Shown: positions 20,406 through 31,481, counted from the first letter of the whole stretch. The stretch is DNA of 63,203 bases, filler included, from 5 parts of 5 records of this genome joined end to end with filler, not necessarily neighbours in it; one strand, 5' to 3'. Numbers and translations are program-made. Notes: generated by a model from the letters alone, not told the origin.

Positions 20406-21737
20406 ATGTTAGTAGTCTATCTTTTATTGAGCATTGCCCTTATCATCGGGTTGATCAATTATTTACGTCTCCACCCATTTTTAGCACTTTTTATGGTGGC
20501 CATTTTTTTTGGTTTTGCCGCTGGGATGGACTATCAAGTTATTTTACAGACGATAAACGACGGATTTGGAGGTACGCTGGGAAAAATAGGACTGGTCATC
20601 ATCTTCGGGGTGATCATCGGTGCATTCTTGGAAAATACAGGTGGTGCCTATGCGCTGGCCGAGGCGGTCATTAAAGTTGTGGGAAAGAAGCGGGTGCCTA
20701 CGGCCATGGGAATTTTGGGATACTTTGTATCTATCCCTGTTTTTGCGGATAGTGGATTCATTTTACTTTCACCGCTGAACAAAAGTCTTTCAAAAAAAGC
20801 GGGGATCAGTTTAGCAGGATCGGCCATTGCACTTGCTATGGGTCTTACCATTGCCCACAATCTAGTGCCTCCAACTCCCGGACCCATAGCAGCGGCAGGT
20901 ATTCTAAACGCTGATTTAGGACTGGTCTTGGCCTTGGCCATTCCCATTAGCATGGTAGCACTTGCAATGGCATTGTTATTTGCGACCAAGTTTGCAGCGC
21001 GTACCTATATTGACCCAAATCCGGATATTTCTCAGGAGGATATAGATGTCCGGATGAAAACGGCACCTTCTGCGTTTAAAGCTTCTTTGCCGATTTTGGT
21101 TCCCATTGTTTTGATTATGATGAATTCCCGATTACGGTTGATTCCCTCGGAGGAAATTGCATCTTGGCAATCATTTCTACAATTCTTGGGAGAACCGGTC
21201 ATTGCCTTGGTCATTGGAATGTTTCTGGCCTTTGCCCTTCCCAAAAAATTGAACAAGGAATTGATTTCCACTGATGGATGGGTCGGGAAGGCATTAAAGG
21301 ATTCTGCAAATATTTTATTGATTACCGGAGCAGGCGGTGTTTTTGGAAAGATGCTTCAAAATTCAGGAATAGCCGAAGTTATGGGAGATGCATTGAGCGA
21401 TTTGAACCTTAGTTTTTTTCTTCCATTTTTGATTGCGTCAGCCATAAAATTGGCGCAGGGTTCGTCCACGGTAGCATTGATAACAGCAGCCTCTATAGTA
21501 TTTCCCATGATGGGAAGCCTTGGATTCGTTACGGAAATGGACAAGGCGTTATTGGTAATTTCAATAGGAGCAGGTTCCATGGTGGTCTCTCATGCCAATG
21601 ATAGTTTTTTTTGGGTAGTGACCCAAATGAGCGGAATGAACATTGCCAAAGGCTATAAACTCCACAGTTTGGGAACTTTGGTCATTGGGTTAACATCCAT
21701 AATTTCAGTATTGATCATAAGTCTATTTGTAAATTAA
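20406..21737 (+). CDS. GntP family sugar-acid permease
   Basis: LHPFLAL, IPVFADSGF, VPPTPGP, AQGSSTVA and SHANDSFFW motifs. Confidence 0.92.
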   Translation: MLVVYLLLSIALIIGLINYLRLHPFLALFMVAIFFGFAAGMDYQVILQTINDGFGGTLGKIGLVIIFGVIIGAFLENTGGAYALAEAVIKVVGKKRVPTAMGILGYFVSIPVFADSGFILLSPLNKSLSKKAGISLAGSAIALAMGLTIAHNLVPPTPGPIAAAGILNADLGLVLALAIPISMVALAMALLFATKFAARTYIDPNPDISQEDIDVRMKTAPSAFKASLPILVPIVLIMMNSRLRLIPSEEIASWQSFLQFLGEPVIALVIGMFLAFALPKKLNKELISTDGWVGKALKDSANILLITGAGGVFGKMLQNSGIAEVMGDALSDLNLSFFLPFLIASAIKLAQGSSTVALITAASIVFPMMGSLGFVTEMDKALLVISIGAGSMVVSHANDSFFWVVTQMSGMNIAKGYKLHSLGTLVIGLTSIISVLIISLFVN

Positions 21738-21863
21738 CTGTTTGAAACTGTACAGAATTTTCTGGATACATTGTTGCCGATGAGCTGAAACAGGGGAATC
21801 CGTTTGGGATTTACCGCTTGGTAAATGGAGGGTTGATAAATTAAAAAGGGAGCTTTATAAACG

Positions 21864-21889
21864 AAAAAAACTCCGGTAATCAGCCGGAG
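21864..21889. terminator. Intrinsic terminator-like hairpin at the contig end
   Basis: AAAAAAA-CTCCGG-TAATCAG-CCGGAG, truncated by the spacer. Confidence 0.6.
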
Positions 21890-21989
21890 NNNNNNNNNNN
21901 NNNNNNNNNNNNNNNNNNNNNNNNNNNNNNNNNTTAATTAATTAANNNNNNNNNNNNNNNNNNNNNNNNNNNNNNNNNNNNNNNNNNNN
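21890..21989. other. Artificial contig spacer
   Basis: 44 N + TTAATTAATTAA + 44 N. Confidence 0.98.
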
Positions 21990-22062
21990 GTGACCCCTAC
22001 GGGAATCGAACCCGTGTTTTCACCGTGAAAGGGTGGTGTCCTAACCGCTAGACGAAGGGGCC
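21990..22062 (-). tRNA. tRNA-Glu (UUC), 3' end reaches the contig end
   Basis: GGCCCCTTCGTCTAGCGGTTAGGACACCACCC-T-TTC-ACGGTGAAAACACGGGTTCGATTCCCGTAGGGGTCAC folds as a cloverleaf with a GTTCGA T-loop. Confidence 0.95.
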
Positions 22063-22213
22063 AAGTTTTTAATAACTTTAGCGAACTTATACAACTTAAT
22101 TTAAATCTTTGCAAGTAATTAAGGAAAATCCAGTAATAAATTATTATATTTATATATATTTTTAGAGTTATACTTGAAATGTCTTTAAAGTTGGGATATA
22201 AGCTATACAAAGT

Positions 22214-22290
22214 GCGCCCTTAGCTCAGCTGGATAGAGCAACAGATTTCTAATCTGTGGGTCAGAGGTTCGAATCCTTTAGGGCGTGCCA
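22214..22290 (+). tRNA. tRNA-Arg (UCU)
   Basis: GCGCCCT/AGGGCGT acceptor stem, ACAGA-TT-TCT-AA-TCTGT anticodon arm, GTTCGAATC T-loop, encoded CCA. Confidence 0.97.
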
Positions 22291-22314
22291 TCCTTAATTA
22301 GAGAGGTTTATATT

Positions 22315-22986
22315 GTGGATTTTAGTAAAAAATTTAAAATAAAATCAAAACCCTTAGGAGATACTATTCTTCCGTCTGAAACTCTTAAAAGCTTTACTGA
22401 AAAAGATCAGAATTCAAAAACTAAAATTGGTGATATCTTAGAAGAATTTCATGAGAATGGATTTGTATTAACTTTAATATTTTTTGCATTACCAATAGCT
22501 ATTCCCCTTCCGTATCCTCCAGGTTTTACAACCTTATTTGGAGTTCCTTTGATGATGTTATCTCTTCAGATGATAAGAGGGTATAATAAAGTTGTTCTTC
22601 CAGGCAAAGTTAATAATTTTGAAATAAGTAACTTAACTCTAGCTATGATTTCAAAAAAAGCTGTTCCAATATTAAAATTTGTAGAAAATTTTTTAAAGCC
22701 TAGATATAAGTTTGCGGGATCTGTTTATTGTGAACAATTTATAGGTCTTACTTCTTTGGTGTGTTCTGTAGCGATTGCTGTACCATTACCACTTACTAAT
22801 TCGATTCCTGCTTGGGGAATTACTATTATGTCTCTTGGATTACTTAAAAGAGATGGACTTGTAATTATAATTGGGTTTTTTATTTCTATTTTTGGTGTAT
22901 CAGTTGCAGCTATTGCAACAATTGCAGCATGGGTTATATTTAAAGGCATATTAAAATCTATAGTTAAGATATTTACAATATTTTAG
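22315..22986 (+). CDS. exoD: ExoD family exopolysaccharide biosynthesis membrane protein
   Basis: FALPIAIPLPYPPG and PLPLTNSIPA...GLLKRDG motifs. GTG at 22315 with AGAGG upstream; the ORF-track start overlaps the tRNA. Confidence 0.85.
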   Translation: MDFSKKFKIKSKPLGDTILPSETLKSFTEKDQNSKTKIGDILEEFHENGFVLTLIFFALPIAIPLPYPPGFTTLFGVPLMMLSLQMIRGYNKVVLPGKVNNFEISNLTLAMISKKAVPILKFVENFLKPRYKFAGSVYCEQFIGLTSLVCSVAIAVPLPLTNSIPAWGITIMSLGLLKRDGLVIIIGFFISIFGVSVAAIATIAAWVIFKGILKSIVKIFTIF

Positions 22987-24322
22987 TAGGTAATTTAATT
23001 TTAGGTTTTTTAAAATATTTATAAATATTCATTATTTTATCAAAGACTAATTTTAATATGTTTTTAGAATTATGATTAATATCTTTAACATATTTATTAT
23101 TATTTAAAAAATAATTATTTTTTAATTCTTTTATAACTTTAGAATAATAATATTTATATAGATTCTTCATTAAAATACTGGTTGTTACATGTCCCCATTT
23201 TACTACTTGCTGGGGTATTCTTGCGAGGGCTTCAGCACATGCTATAGATTCAGTTTCTTCTTTACTGTTTTTAATATAAACATCTGCCTTTGGGTTTAGA
23301 TTAAAAAGCATATCTTCAAAAATCATATCAATAACTAATCCAAGATATTTTTCTTTTGAAAATTTTAAAATAAAATACCATTTATTTTCTTGTGCAGTAA
23401 ATAGAAGTTTGTATTTAAAATAAATTTGGATTAATTTAGAATATATAAATCTAAATGACATGATAATATTTTTATTATAAAATAAAATTTTATTATCCTG
23501 CTCTATTAATTTATTTAGGTAGGTTTTATAAATTTTATCTTTTAATATTTTGCAATTTTTAATATCTTCTTTTCTTGAGTGATTTACATCTAAAGATGGT
23601 GTTTTATTAATTAAATCCATAGAGTATCTTCCTATAATATTTCCATGAATATCTCTTTTGAGGTCTGCATAATGTCCAAATTCTTGTGCAGCTATTATTT
23701 GTAATCTACATAAAGACTCTGCTGATTGATTTTCTATATTATTGTTTGTAATATAGTTTAGAGGGTTTGATCCTGTTGATATAAATATTTTAGACTCAAA
23801 TCCATCAGTAGATTGCATACCACTATTACTACCATGATTTTGCCAGTTTTTGATATCCATAATTTCACCTATTGAATTTTCATAAGAAACAAAAATTTCA
23901 ACTTTTTCTTTAAGGATCATTTTAAATATAATTTCATGAGAAGATTGAATTAATAATCTAATTATTGATAATTCTTCTTCATTATTGAATTTAACTAATT
24001 TTTTTGTTTCAAGCTTCATGAATTTAAAAATCTTTAAAGCTAATTCTTTAGTTTGATTTTGGTTTTTTAGCTTTTTAATATTATGTATAATTTTATTAAT
24101 ACTTCTTTCTTCTAATTCCTTTAAAGTTAATTCTTTAACTGATAAATATATTGCAGCTTTTAATTGAGGGTCTATATATTTAATAAAATTTCTAGAAATC
24201 TCACCATCAATTCTCACAAGTCCAGATTTTGATAATTTATTAGCTAATTTCTCTTTATTCTCTGAAACACAATATTTAGTGATTTCAGGAATTTTATCTA
24301 TTACGTGATATATATTTTTCAA
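22973..24322 (-). CDS. DUF2748-like Rickettsiaceae protein
   Basis: NSGMQST, RLQIIAAQEFGHYADLKRD and EALARIPQQVVKWG match my recollection of the Rickettsia DUF2748 family. Confidence 0.8.
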   Translation of the reverse strand: MKNIYHVIDKIPEITKYCVSENKEKLANKLSKSGLVRIDGEISRNFIKYIDPQLKAAIYLSVKELTLKELEERSINKIIHNIKKLKNQNQTKELALKIFKFMKLETKKLVKFNNEEELSIIRLLIQSSHEIIFKMILKEKVEIFVSYENSIGEIMDIKNWQNHGSNSGMQSTDGFESKIFISTGSNPLNYITNNNIENQSAESLCRLQIIAAQEFGHYADLKRDIHGNIIGRYSMDLINKTPSLDVNHSRKEDIKNCKILKDKIYKTYLNKLIEQDNKILFYNKNIIMSFRFIYSKLIQIYFKYKLLFTAQENKWYFILKFSKEKYLGLVIDMIFEDMLFNLNPKADVYIKNSKEETESIACAEALARIPQQVVKWGHVTTSILMKNLYKYYYSKVIKELKNNYFLNNNKYVKDINHNSKNILKLVFDKIMNIYKYFKKPKIKLPTKIL

Positions 24323-24413
24323 AATATAGATTTGTAGGTTATTGTATTTTTACAAATATTCTATCAATTATTTAAAAATATTCATAAAATAATTATATAA
24401 TAAATTAATAAAT

Positions 24414-25718
24414 TTATTTAGACCAGTCTGGGTCAGATGCTTCAAATTTAGTATTTATTTCTTTTTCGTGATGACCTGTGATATCAATCATGTAAAGTTT
24501 AGATATTGGTTTATTCCTATAATTTAAATGCTGCTTTGTATAAATTATTTTTCTACCATTTTTAGACCAGGAAGGGCCTTCTACAAGATATCCATTTGTG
24601 ACTATTCTTTCACCGCTACCATCTGGCCTCATAAGTCCAATTGAAAAGCCAAGCTCTTTTGTGATTTTAACAAAAGCTATAAAATCTCCTCTTGGAGACC
24701 ATACGGGAGAGTAATATGAACCCTGACCAAAACTAATTCTTTTTATATCAGAACCATCTGAGTTCATAATGTATAATTGTCTAGAACCAGTTCTGTCTGA
24801 ATTAAAAACTATTTGTTTACCATCTTGAGAATATGAAGGTGATGTATTTATGCTTGAATGATTAGTTAGCTTTTTTACTTGTAAAATGTTAAGTTCTATT
24901 TCTAGAATATTTGTTTTACCATCTTTTGCTATGGACATTAATGCTTTATTTCCGCAGGGAGAAAATCTCGGCGCAAAAGACATTCCTGGGAAATTACCAA
25001 TAAGAATATCTTTTCTGGTATTTAAATCTTTGAGGTAAACTTTAGGTTTACCTTCTTTAAAAGATAAATAAAGTATTTTGTCTGATTTTGGAGAAAATCT
25101 TGGAGTTAATATCAGATCTTTTCCATCTGATAGATATTTAGTATTTGCTCCATCTTGATCCATAATAGTTAATTTTTTTATTCTTTTCTTTAATGGGCCT
25201 GATTCAGAAATATATGTAAGTTTTGTATCAAAATATCCATCTTCTCCGGTAATTGATTTATAAATCATATTAGAGAGTAAATGAGCAACTTTTCTATAAG
25301 CTGAAAAACTTGTTCTATATCCTTCTTTATGTATTAATTTTTGCCTATATACATCCCAAACAGTAATAATTACATCAAGAATATTCTCATTATGAAATAT
25401 GATTTCTCCATTAACAACAAAATTAGCTTCTATTGATTTCCAAGAGTTGAAATCTGGGATATGATTATTACCATATTTCTTTTCTAAAAATATCTTACTA
25501 TTTATGATTTGAAATAATGATGAGTTTTTGAGGTTATTTGATATTATTTCTTGAATTAATTCTCTAAATTTCTCTGTACCTTTTTCAGTAGTTTTAAATT
25601 GATTTATTGCTATTGGCTCAAGAGATGCAACTCCTTGGGTTATATATATTGGTTCTGATGCGTATATATTCAAAAGATTTGAACTTAATGATAATAAAAT
25701 GATTATAATAAATTTCAT
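24414..25718 (-). CDS. tolB: Tol-Pal system beta-propeller protein TolB
   Basis: ITGEDGYFDTK, MDQDGAN, repeated PRFSP/PSYS/PVWSP PD40 motifs, C-terminal SDPDWS. Confidence 0.95.
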   Translation of the reverse strand: MKFIIIILLSLSSNLLNIYASEPIYITQGVASLEPIAINQFKTTEKGTEKFRELIQEIISNNLKNSSLFQIINSKIFLEKKYGNNHIPDFNSWKSIEANFVVNGEIIFHNENILDVIITVWDVYRQKLIHKEGYRTSFSAYRKVAHLLSNMIYKSITGEDGYFDTKLTYISESGPLKKRIKKLTIMDQDGANTKYLSDGKDLILTPRFSPKSDKILYLSFKEGKPKVYLKDLNTRKDILIGNFPGMSFAPRFSPCGNKALMSIAKDGKTNILEIELNILQVKKLTNHSSINTSPSYSQDGKQIVFNSDRTGSRQLYIMNSDGSDIKRISFGQGSYYSPVWSPRGDFIAFVKITKELGFSIGLMRPDGSGERIVTNGYLVEGPSWSKNGRKIIYTKQHLNYRNKPISKLYMIDITGHHEKEINTKFEASDPDWSK

Positions 25719-25862
25719 ATATTTGTTTTTATAGTTAACTTATAGTTTAAGCTATTTTAATTAATTATTTTGTTATAACAAGTTTAGAATAATATTATTT
25801 AATAATATAAGTTTATTATATATTAATTATGTTCAATGTAATTATTAATAAATATATATTTA

Positions 25863-26558
25863 TTAAACATTAATAATTTTTAATCCAAAAATATTACTAT
25901 CATTAGATTTAGCTTTATTATAATATTTCGTACATGAATACTGATTAAAATTCTTAATAACTTCAAAATAAATACCTGCTAAATCTATTAGTTGTGAAGA
26001 AACTGAATCATAATAATCTTTACTGTCAGTAACAAAGTTTATATAACCTCCTTTTTTAAGTTTTGAAATTAATATTTTGATTCGATCTATGTTTAAAAAT
26101 CTTCTTTTATTATGCCTTGCTTTTGGCCAGGGATCTGGAAATAATATATAGAATATATCAATAGAAGATGCATATAGCTTATCTATAATTATATCTGCAT
26201 CTGCATTATAAATATAAAGATTATTAGTATTATCATATTCTATTTTATGAGCAATATTTGCAAGTTTATAAACTCCGTTTATATATGCTTCTATTGCAAT
26301 TAGATTTATATTTTTATTTTCAGAAAGTAGTTCAATTATATGTTCTCCCATTCCGAATCCTATTTCAACAATTATTTTGTTATCATCTTTATACAAATAT
26401 TCAATCTTATCATTTTCAGGTTTAAATTTTTCTAATAAATTTTTTAGATTATTTAACTTAGAAGAAGTTATGTTTTTGCCTATTTTTCTAGCATAACTTT
26501 TTATAGTTGATTTATTTTTATGATAATTACTTGAGAAATTAAGCATATTTATTGACAA
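25863..26558 (-). CDS. trmB: tRNA (guanine-N7)-methyltransferase
   Basis: VEIGFGMGEH, LFPDPWPKARHNKRR and FVTD motifs. Start may be ATG 26546. Confidence 0.9.
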   Translation of the reverse strand: MSINMLNFSSNYHKNKSTIKSYARKIGKNITSSKLNNLKNLLEKFKPENDKIEYLYKDDNKIIVEIGFGMGEHIIELLSENKNINLIAIEAYINGVYKLANIAHKIEYDNTNNLYIYNADADIIIDKLYASSIDIFYILFPDPWPKARHNKRRFLNIDRIKILISKLKKGGYINFVTDSKDYYDSVSSQLIDLAGIYFEVIKNFNQYSCTKYYNKAKSNDSNIFGLKIINV

Positions 26559-26606
26559 ATTTGGGATTATCAGTAGTTTATGGGCAATTAATTAATATGT
26601 TGCTTC

Positions 26607-27533
26607 ATGGATGCTGCAATAGTCTATATAATGCCTATATTTATAGTAACTATAATAGGTAGCTTACTTAAAAGACGCTGGTTGATTTCTGAGGAATTTT
26701 GGCGTAACCTTGAGAAGTTAATGTATTTTGTATTAACTCCTTGCGTTTTATTCAAAAATATTGCAGAAAGCACTCTTAATATTTCTCCCATAGTAAAGCT
26801 TGTTTTAAATTTAGTTTTATCAGTAGTTATAATCACTTTGGCTTTAATTTTTTATCAAAGAAAAGTTAAGATTGATAATAAAGTTTTTACATCAGTTTTA
26901 CAAGGCAGTACGAGATTTAATAATTATGTTATGCTTAGTCTTGCAAGTGCTATGTATGGAGTTGAAGGCCTTGAGATTGCTTCAATAATCTCTGGATATA
27001 TGATTATATGTGTAAATTTTATATCTGTATTAGTTTATAATATTTATTTAATTCCTAAAGTTAGCAGTAAATATCAATATGCTATTGATTTATGCAAAGA
27101 TATTTTTTCAAATCCATTAATTATTGGAAGTCTTGCTGGCTTTATTTATAATATGATGGGTCTTGAACTAAATAAGGGAATAAGCTTAACTTTAGATAAT
27201 CTCTCTGGTGCAGCCCTTCCTCTTGGTGTCTTAATTGTGGGAGCTAGACTTAGATTTAATCTTAATCCAGGACAATTTAATCTTGTTTCAATTACTTGTG
27301 TTAACAAACTACTTATTCTTCCTATAATAGTTGCAATTCTTAGTTATATACTAGGAGTTAATGGTGTATTAAGATCAATTGCAATGTTATTTGCTTGCGT
27401 ACCATGTTCTACAAATTCATATATGCTAGCTAAACAATATGGAGGAGACTCTGAACTAATGGCTTCAATTATAACAGCTACTACTATTGGTTCGTTGGCT
27501 TCTTTATGGTTTTTTACTTATATTCTTGGTTAA
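26607..27533 (+). CDS. AEC family transporter (putative malate permease)
   Basis: QGSTRFNNY, NPLIIG, YMLAKQYGGDSELMA motifs, about 10 TM helices, directly upstream of malic enzyme. Confidence 0.85.
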   Translation: MDAAIVYIMPIFIVTIIGSLLKRRWLISEEFWRNLEKLMYFVLTPCVLFKNIAESTLNISPIVKLVLNLVLSVVIITLALIFYQRKVKIDNKVFTSVLQGSTRFNNYVMLSLASAMYGVEGLEIASIISGYMIICVNFISVLVYNIYLIPKVSSKYQYAIDLCKDIFSNPLIIGSLAGFIYNMMGLELNKGISLTLDNLSGAALPLGVLIVGARLRFNLNPGQFNLVSITCVNKLLILPIIVAILSYILGVNGVLRSIAMLFACVPCSTNSYMLAKQYGGDSELMASIITATTIGSLASLWFFTYILG

Positions 27534-27550
27534 TTAAATTTAAATTTCTT

Positions 27551-29836
27551 ATGGCAAATCCTACTAAAATAACAGATACTGAAGCATTAAATTACCACAA
27601 ACAAGGCTCAAAGCCTGGTAAGATAAGCATGACACCTTCAAAAGTATTAATGACCCAAAGAGATCTTTCTCTTGCATATTCTCCTGGAGTTGCAGTTCCT
27701 TGTAGAGAAATTGCAAAAGATGAATCTGCTGCATATGAATATACATCTAAAGGTAACATGGTTGCAGTTATATCTAATGGTACTGCTGTACTTGGGCTTG
27801 GTAATTTAGGAGCTTTAGCTTCTAAACCAGTGATGGAAGGTAAGGCAGTCTTATTTAAAAAATTTGCAGATATTGATGCAATTGATTTAGAAGTTGATAC
27901 TCAAGATGTAGATAAGTTTGTTGATTCTGTAAAATATTTAGGTGCTAGTTGGGGAGGAATAAATCTTGAAGATATAAAGTCACCAGAATGTTTTATCATA
28001 GAAGATAAACTTAAAGAAATTATGGATATACCTGTATTTCATGATGATCAACATGGTACAGCAATTATTACAGCTGCTGGTCTTATTAATGCAGTTGATA
28101 TAGTTAATAAAGATCTTAAAAAAGTAAAAATTGTATCTAATGGTGCTGGGGCTGCAAGTATTGCATGTGTTGAACTTTTAAAAGATCTTGGAGTACCTCG
28201 AAATAATATAATATTATGTGATAGAAGTGGAGTTATCTACAAAGGAAGAAAAGAAGGAATGAATCCTTGGAAGGAAAAATACGCAGTTGAGACAAAACAT
28301 AGAACTTTAATGGATGCTATTCATGAATCTGATGTATTTTTAGGATTATCTGCAAAAGGAGCTTTAAGTAAGGATATGGTAAAATCAATGGCTAAAGATC
28401 CTATTATATTTGCTATGGCAAATCCAGATCCTGAAATATTACCAGAACAAGTAAGAGAAGTAAGGCAGGATGCAATAGTTGCAACTGGAAGATCTGATTA
28501 TAATAATCAGGTAAATAATGTTATGGGATTTCCTTATATCTTTAGAGGAGCACTGGATGTTAGAGCTAAAACTATTAATCAGGAAATGAAAATAGCAGCA
28601 GCAAAAGCTATAGCAGAACTTGCAAGAAAACCTGTTCCAGAAGCTGTTTATAATGCATATCTTGGCAAAAAAATGAGTTATGGGAGAGATTATATAATAC
28701 CTGTTCCATTTGATCCAAGGCTTATAGTAACAGTGCCTGTTGCTGTCGCAGAAGCTGCAATTAATTCTGGGGTTGCAAGAAAAACTAATTTTGATTTAGC
28801 TAAATATAGAGAGGAGCTTGAAAATAAATTCAGTCCAGTTCCTAATTATATGAATTCAGTTTTTGAGAAAATTTCTAATCAACCTCAAAGGCTAGTATTT
28901 GCAGAGGGTGAGACTTATGAGGTCATAAAAGCAGCTATTATTATGAAAAAAAGGGGGCATTGCAAGCCTGTTTTAGTAGGTAGAGCTAGCAAAATAGAAC
29001 CTATAGTTAGTGAACTTGGTGAGGATTTTTCACTTGATGGGGTTGAGATCACTAATTCATCAATTAGTAAAAACACAAATAAATATATTGATTATTTATA
29101 TTCAAGATTACAAAGAAAGGGTTATTTACTCAAAGATTGCAAAAGAATTTTAAAATCAGATAAAAATATATTTGCAGCTTCTATGGTTGCTTGTAATGAT
29201 GGAGATGCTTTGGTTGCGGGAGGAAATAAAGATTATTATAGCTGCTATGATGATATTATAAAAGCAATTGATCCTATTAAAGATAGATTGATATTTAGTT
29301 ATTCTATAGCATCTATAAAAGATAGAACAGTAATTATAGCTGATTGTAGTATTAATAAGGAGCCATCAGCATTGCAGCTTGCTCAAATTGCAACAGGTGC
29401 ATCAAAAATAGTAAAAAAAATTGGTCATAAGCCTCAAGTTGCATTTTTATCATGGGCAAGTTTTGGTAATTCATTAGATAACTCTGATAATAGAATTAAG
29501 GAAGCTATTAAAATTCTAGATAATAAAGAAGTGGATTTTCATTATGATGGAGAAATGTCACTTGATGTTGCACTTAGTGAAGATATGCTTAAGCTTTATC
29601 CATTTTGTAGGTTAAAAGGCCCTTCAAATATTCTGGTTATGCCTTCGCTTGATAGTGCATCAGTTGCAACTAAGTTATTAAAGTTACTCAAACCTGATAG
29701 CTTTATTGGTCCATTGCTTACTGGAGCTTTCGTGCCTGTTCAAATTCTTCCATTAAATTGTTCTACAAAGGATGCAATTAGTTTGGGATCTTTTGCATGT
29801 CTTGAGTCAATTGTTAAAAAGAAATATAGTAGTTAA
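27551..29836 (+). CDS. maeB: NADP-dependent malic enzyme with C-terminal phosphotransacetylase-like domain
   Basis: [28 protein letters not shown] and [13 protein letters not shown] motifs. ATG at 27551. Confidence 0.95.
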   Translation: MANPTKITDTEALNYHKQGSKPGKISMTPSKVLMTQRDLSLAYSPGVAVPCREIAKDESAAYEYTSKGNMVAVISNGTAVLGLGNLGALASKPVMEGKAVLFKKFADIDAIDLEVDTQDVDKFVDSVKYLGASWGGINLEDIKSPECFIIEDKLKEIMDIPVFHDDQHGTAIITAAGLINAVDIVNKDLKKVKIVSNGAGAASIACVELLKDLGVPRNNIILCDRSGVIYKGRKEGMNPWKEKYAVETKHRTLMDAIHESDVFLGLSAKGALSKDMVKSMAKDPIIFAMANPDPEILPEQVREVRQDAIVATGRSDYNNQVNNVMGFPYIFRGALDVRAKTINQEMKIAAAKAIAELARKPVPEAVYNAYLGKKMSYGRDYIIPVPFDPRLIVTVPVAVAEAAINSGVARKTNFDLAKYREELENKFSPVPNYMNSVFEKISNQPQRLVFAEGETYEVIKAAIIMKKRGHCKPVLVGRASKIEPIVSELGEDFSLDGVEITNSSISKNTNKYIDYLYSRLQRKGYLLKDCKRILKSDKNIFAASMVACNDGDALVAGGNKDYYSCYDDIIKAIDPIKDRLIFSYSIASIKDRTVIIADCSINKEPSALQLAQIATGASKIVKKIGHKPQVAFLSWASFGNSLDNSDNRIKEAIKILDNKEVDFHYDGEMSLDVALSEDMLKLYPFCRLKGPSNILVMPSLDSASVATKLLKLLKPDSFIGPLLTGAFVPVQILPLNCSTKDAISLGSFACLESIVKKKYSS

Positions 29837-30025
29837 TTAATTAATAGTTATAACTTGATATATTATAATATAAATATAGTAAAATAATAATTATAATAAA
29901 TTATTATAATTTAAATAAAACTACTATACATATTGAGAATATATAAAGAATTTATAGAGAAATTCTTGACCGGTAACTATTATTAAAATAGTATACCTCA
30001 AAATTAAGTAATTATAAATTTTTCA

Positions 30026-30709
30026 ATGTTTAACAATAGAACTAAAATCCATCCTGAAGGATATGTATTTATAGGAATTTTTGCCTTTATATCTATATTT
30101 TTATATAAATTCAGCTTTTTTCTAGGTGTTACTGGGATTTTTTTAACTTTATGGTGTTGCTATTTTTTTAGGGATCCTCAAAGACAATCACCTATAGGAG
30201 ATGATTTAATAGTAGCTCCTGCTGATGGTATTATTTCTTCTATTTCAAAAGCCGTCCCTCCTCAAGAGCTAGGGATAAAAGAAGAAATGACAAAAATTAG
30301 TATATTTTTGAGTGTTTTTGATGTTCATGTAAATAGAGTTCCAGCTTCGGGGCAAATTAAAGCTTTACATTATAATCCAGGAAAATTTATAAATGCATCT
30401 TTTGATAAGGCAAGTATTGATAATGAGAGGCAATCAATATTAATGGAGATGACTGATAAAACTAAATTAGTATTTGTTCAAATTGCAGGATTAATTGCAA
30501 GAAGAATAGTTTGTGAGCTTGAGGAAGATCAAAATGTAGAGATTGGAGATAGATTTGGTATTATTAGGTTTGGTAGTAGGGTTGATTTATATATCCCATC
30601 TAATTTTGAAATAAATATTTCTAAAGGTCAAAGATGTGTAGGTGGTGAAACTTTAATTGCAAATATTTCTAATAAAGATAAGTTTGTTAAGAAATTTAAA
30701 GCAAAATAA
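30026..30709 (+). CDS. psd: Phosphatidylserine decarboxylase proenzyme
   Basis: FFRDP, APADG, DVHVNR and IRFGSRVD (self-cleavage site) motifs. Confidence 0.95.
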   Translation: MFNNRTKIHPEGYVFIGIFAFISIFLYKFSFFLGVTGIFLTLWCCYFFRDPQRQSPIGDDLIVAPADGIISSISKAVPPQELGIKEEMTKISIFLSVFDVHVNRVPASGQIKALHYNPGKFINASFDKASIDNERQSILMEMTDKTKLVFVQIAGLIARRIVCELEEDQNVEIGDRFGIIRFGSRVDLYIPSNFEINISKGQRCVGGETLIANISNKDKFVKKFKAK

Positions 30710-30722
30710 ATTTTTGTTAAAT

Positions 30723-31463
30723 GTGGAAAAAAAACAATATTTACCATTTACAAGAATAATACCTAATGTTGTAACTATTTCTGCTCTAGTTATAGGGGTG
30801 AGTTCAATAAGGTTTGCACTTGATGAGAGGTGGCAGATTTCTGCTTTATGCGTTTTTGTTGCATTAATATTAGATGGAATAGATGGAAGAATAGCAAGAG
30901 CACTTGGTGTTACTAGTGAGTTTGGAGCAGAGCTTGATTCATTAGTTGATTTTGTAAATTTTGGAGTTTCTCCAGCTTTAATTATGTATTTTTGGTCATT
31001 ACAAAATAATAATTATAAGATTTTTTCATGGGCTTCAGTATTATTTTTTATAATATGTATGGCTATTAGGCTTGCAAGGTTTAATCTAACATTTAATAAA
31101 ACAGATAAGTATGAAGATAGATTTTTTATAGGGGTTCCTGCTCCAATGGGTGCATTACTTGTTCTAATGCCTCTAATTACGGATTTTGAGCTTTCAAATA
31201 ACTTAAATATAGAATTTAGAAGCCAAACTTTATTTAATAATATTTATCAAATATTTGTTGGATGTTTACTAGCAAGTAGACTTCCTACTTTTTCAGCAAA
31301 AAATATAGGGATAAAGCAAGAATATATATGGTTTATTCTGTTAAGTTTTGCTATTTTTATAATATCAATAACTTTGCATCCTTGGTATGTTGTACCTTTA
31401 ATAGGTATTATATATATTATATCTATACCGATAAGTTTGGTAGTTGCAAAAAAAATTAATTAG
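30723..31463 (+). CDS. pssA: CDP-diacylglycerol--serine O-phosphatidyltransferase
   Basis: DGIDGRIAR...FGAELDSLVD CDP-alcohol motif, RLARFN and FFIGVPAP. Start uncertain (GTG 30723). Confidence 0.9.
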   Translation: MEKKQYLPFTRIIPNVVTISALVIGVSSIRFALDERWQISALCVFVALILDGIDGRIARALGVTSEFGAELDSLVDFVNFGVSPALIMYFWSLQNNNYKIFSWASVLFFIICMAIRLARFNLTFNKTDKYEDRFFIGVPAPMGALLVLMPLITDFELSNNLNIEFRSQTLFNNIYQIFVGCLLASRLPTFSAKNIGIKQEYIWFILLSFAIFIISITLHPWYVVPLIGIIYIISIPISLVVAKKIN

Positions 31464-31481
31464 AAAAAAGAGACAATTTAT

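Noticed and set aside
21938-22210. 90-aa ORF running through tRNA-Glu into Ns
   Set aside because: It overlaps a tRNA and ends in the artificial spacer.
29833-29911. Natural TTAATTAATTAA and an A/T-only palindrome after the malic enzyme gene
   Set aside because: Expected by chance in such AT-rich DNA. No flanking Ns and no GC stem.
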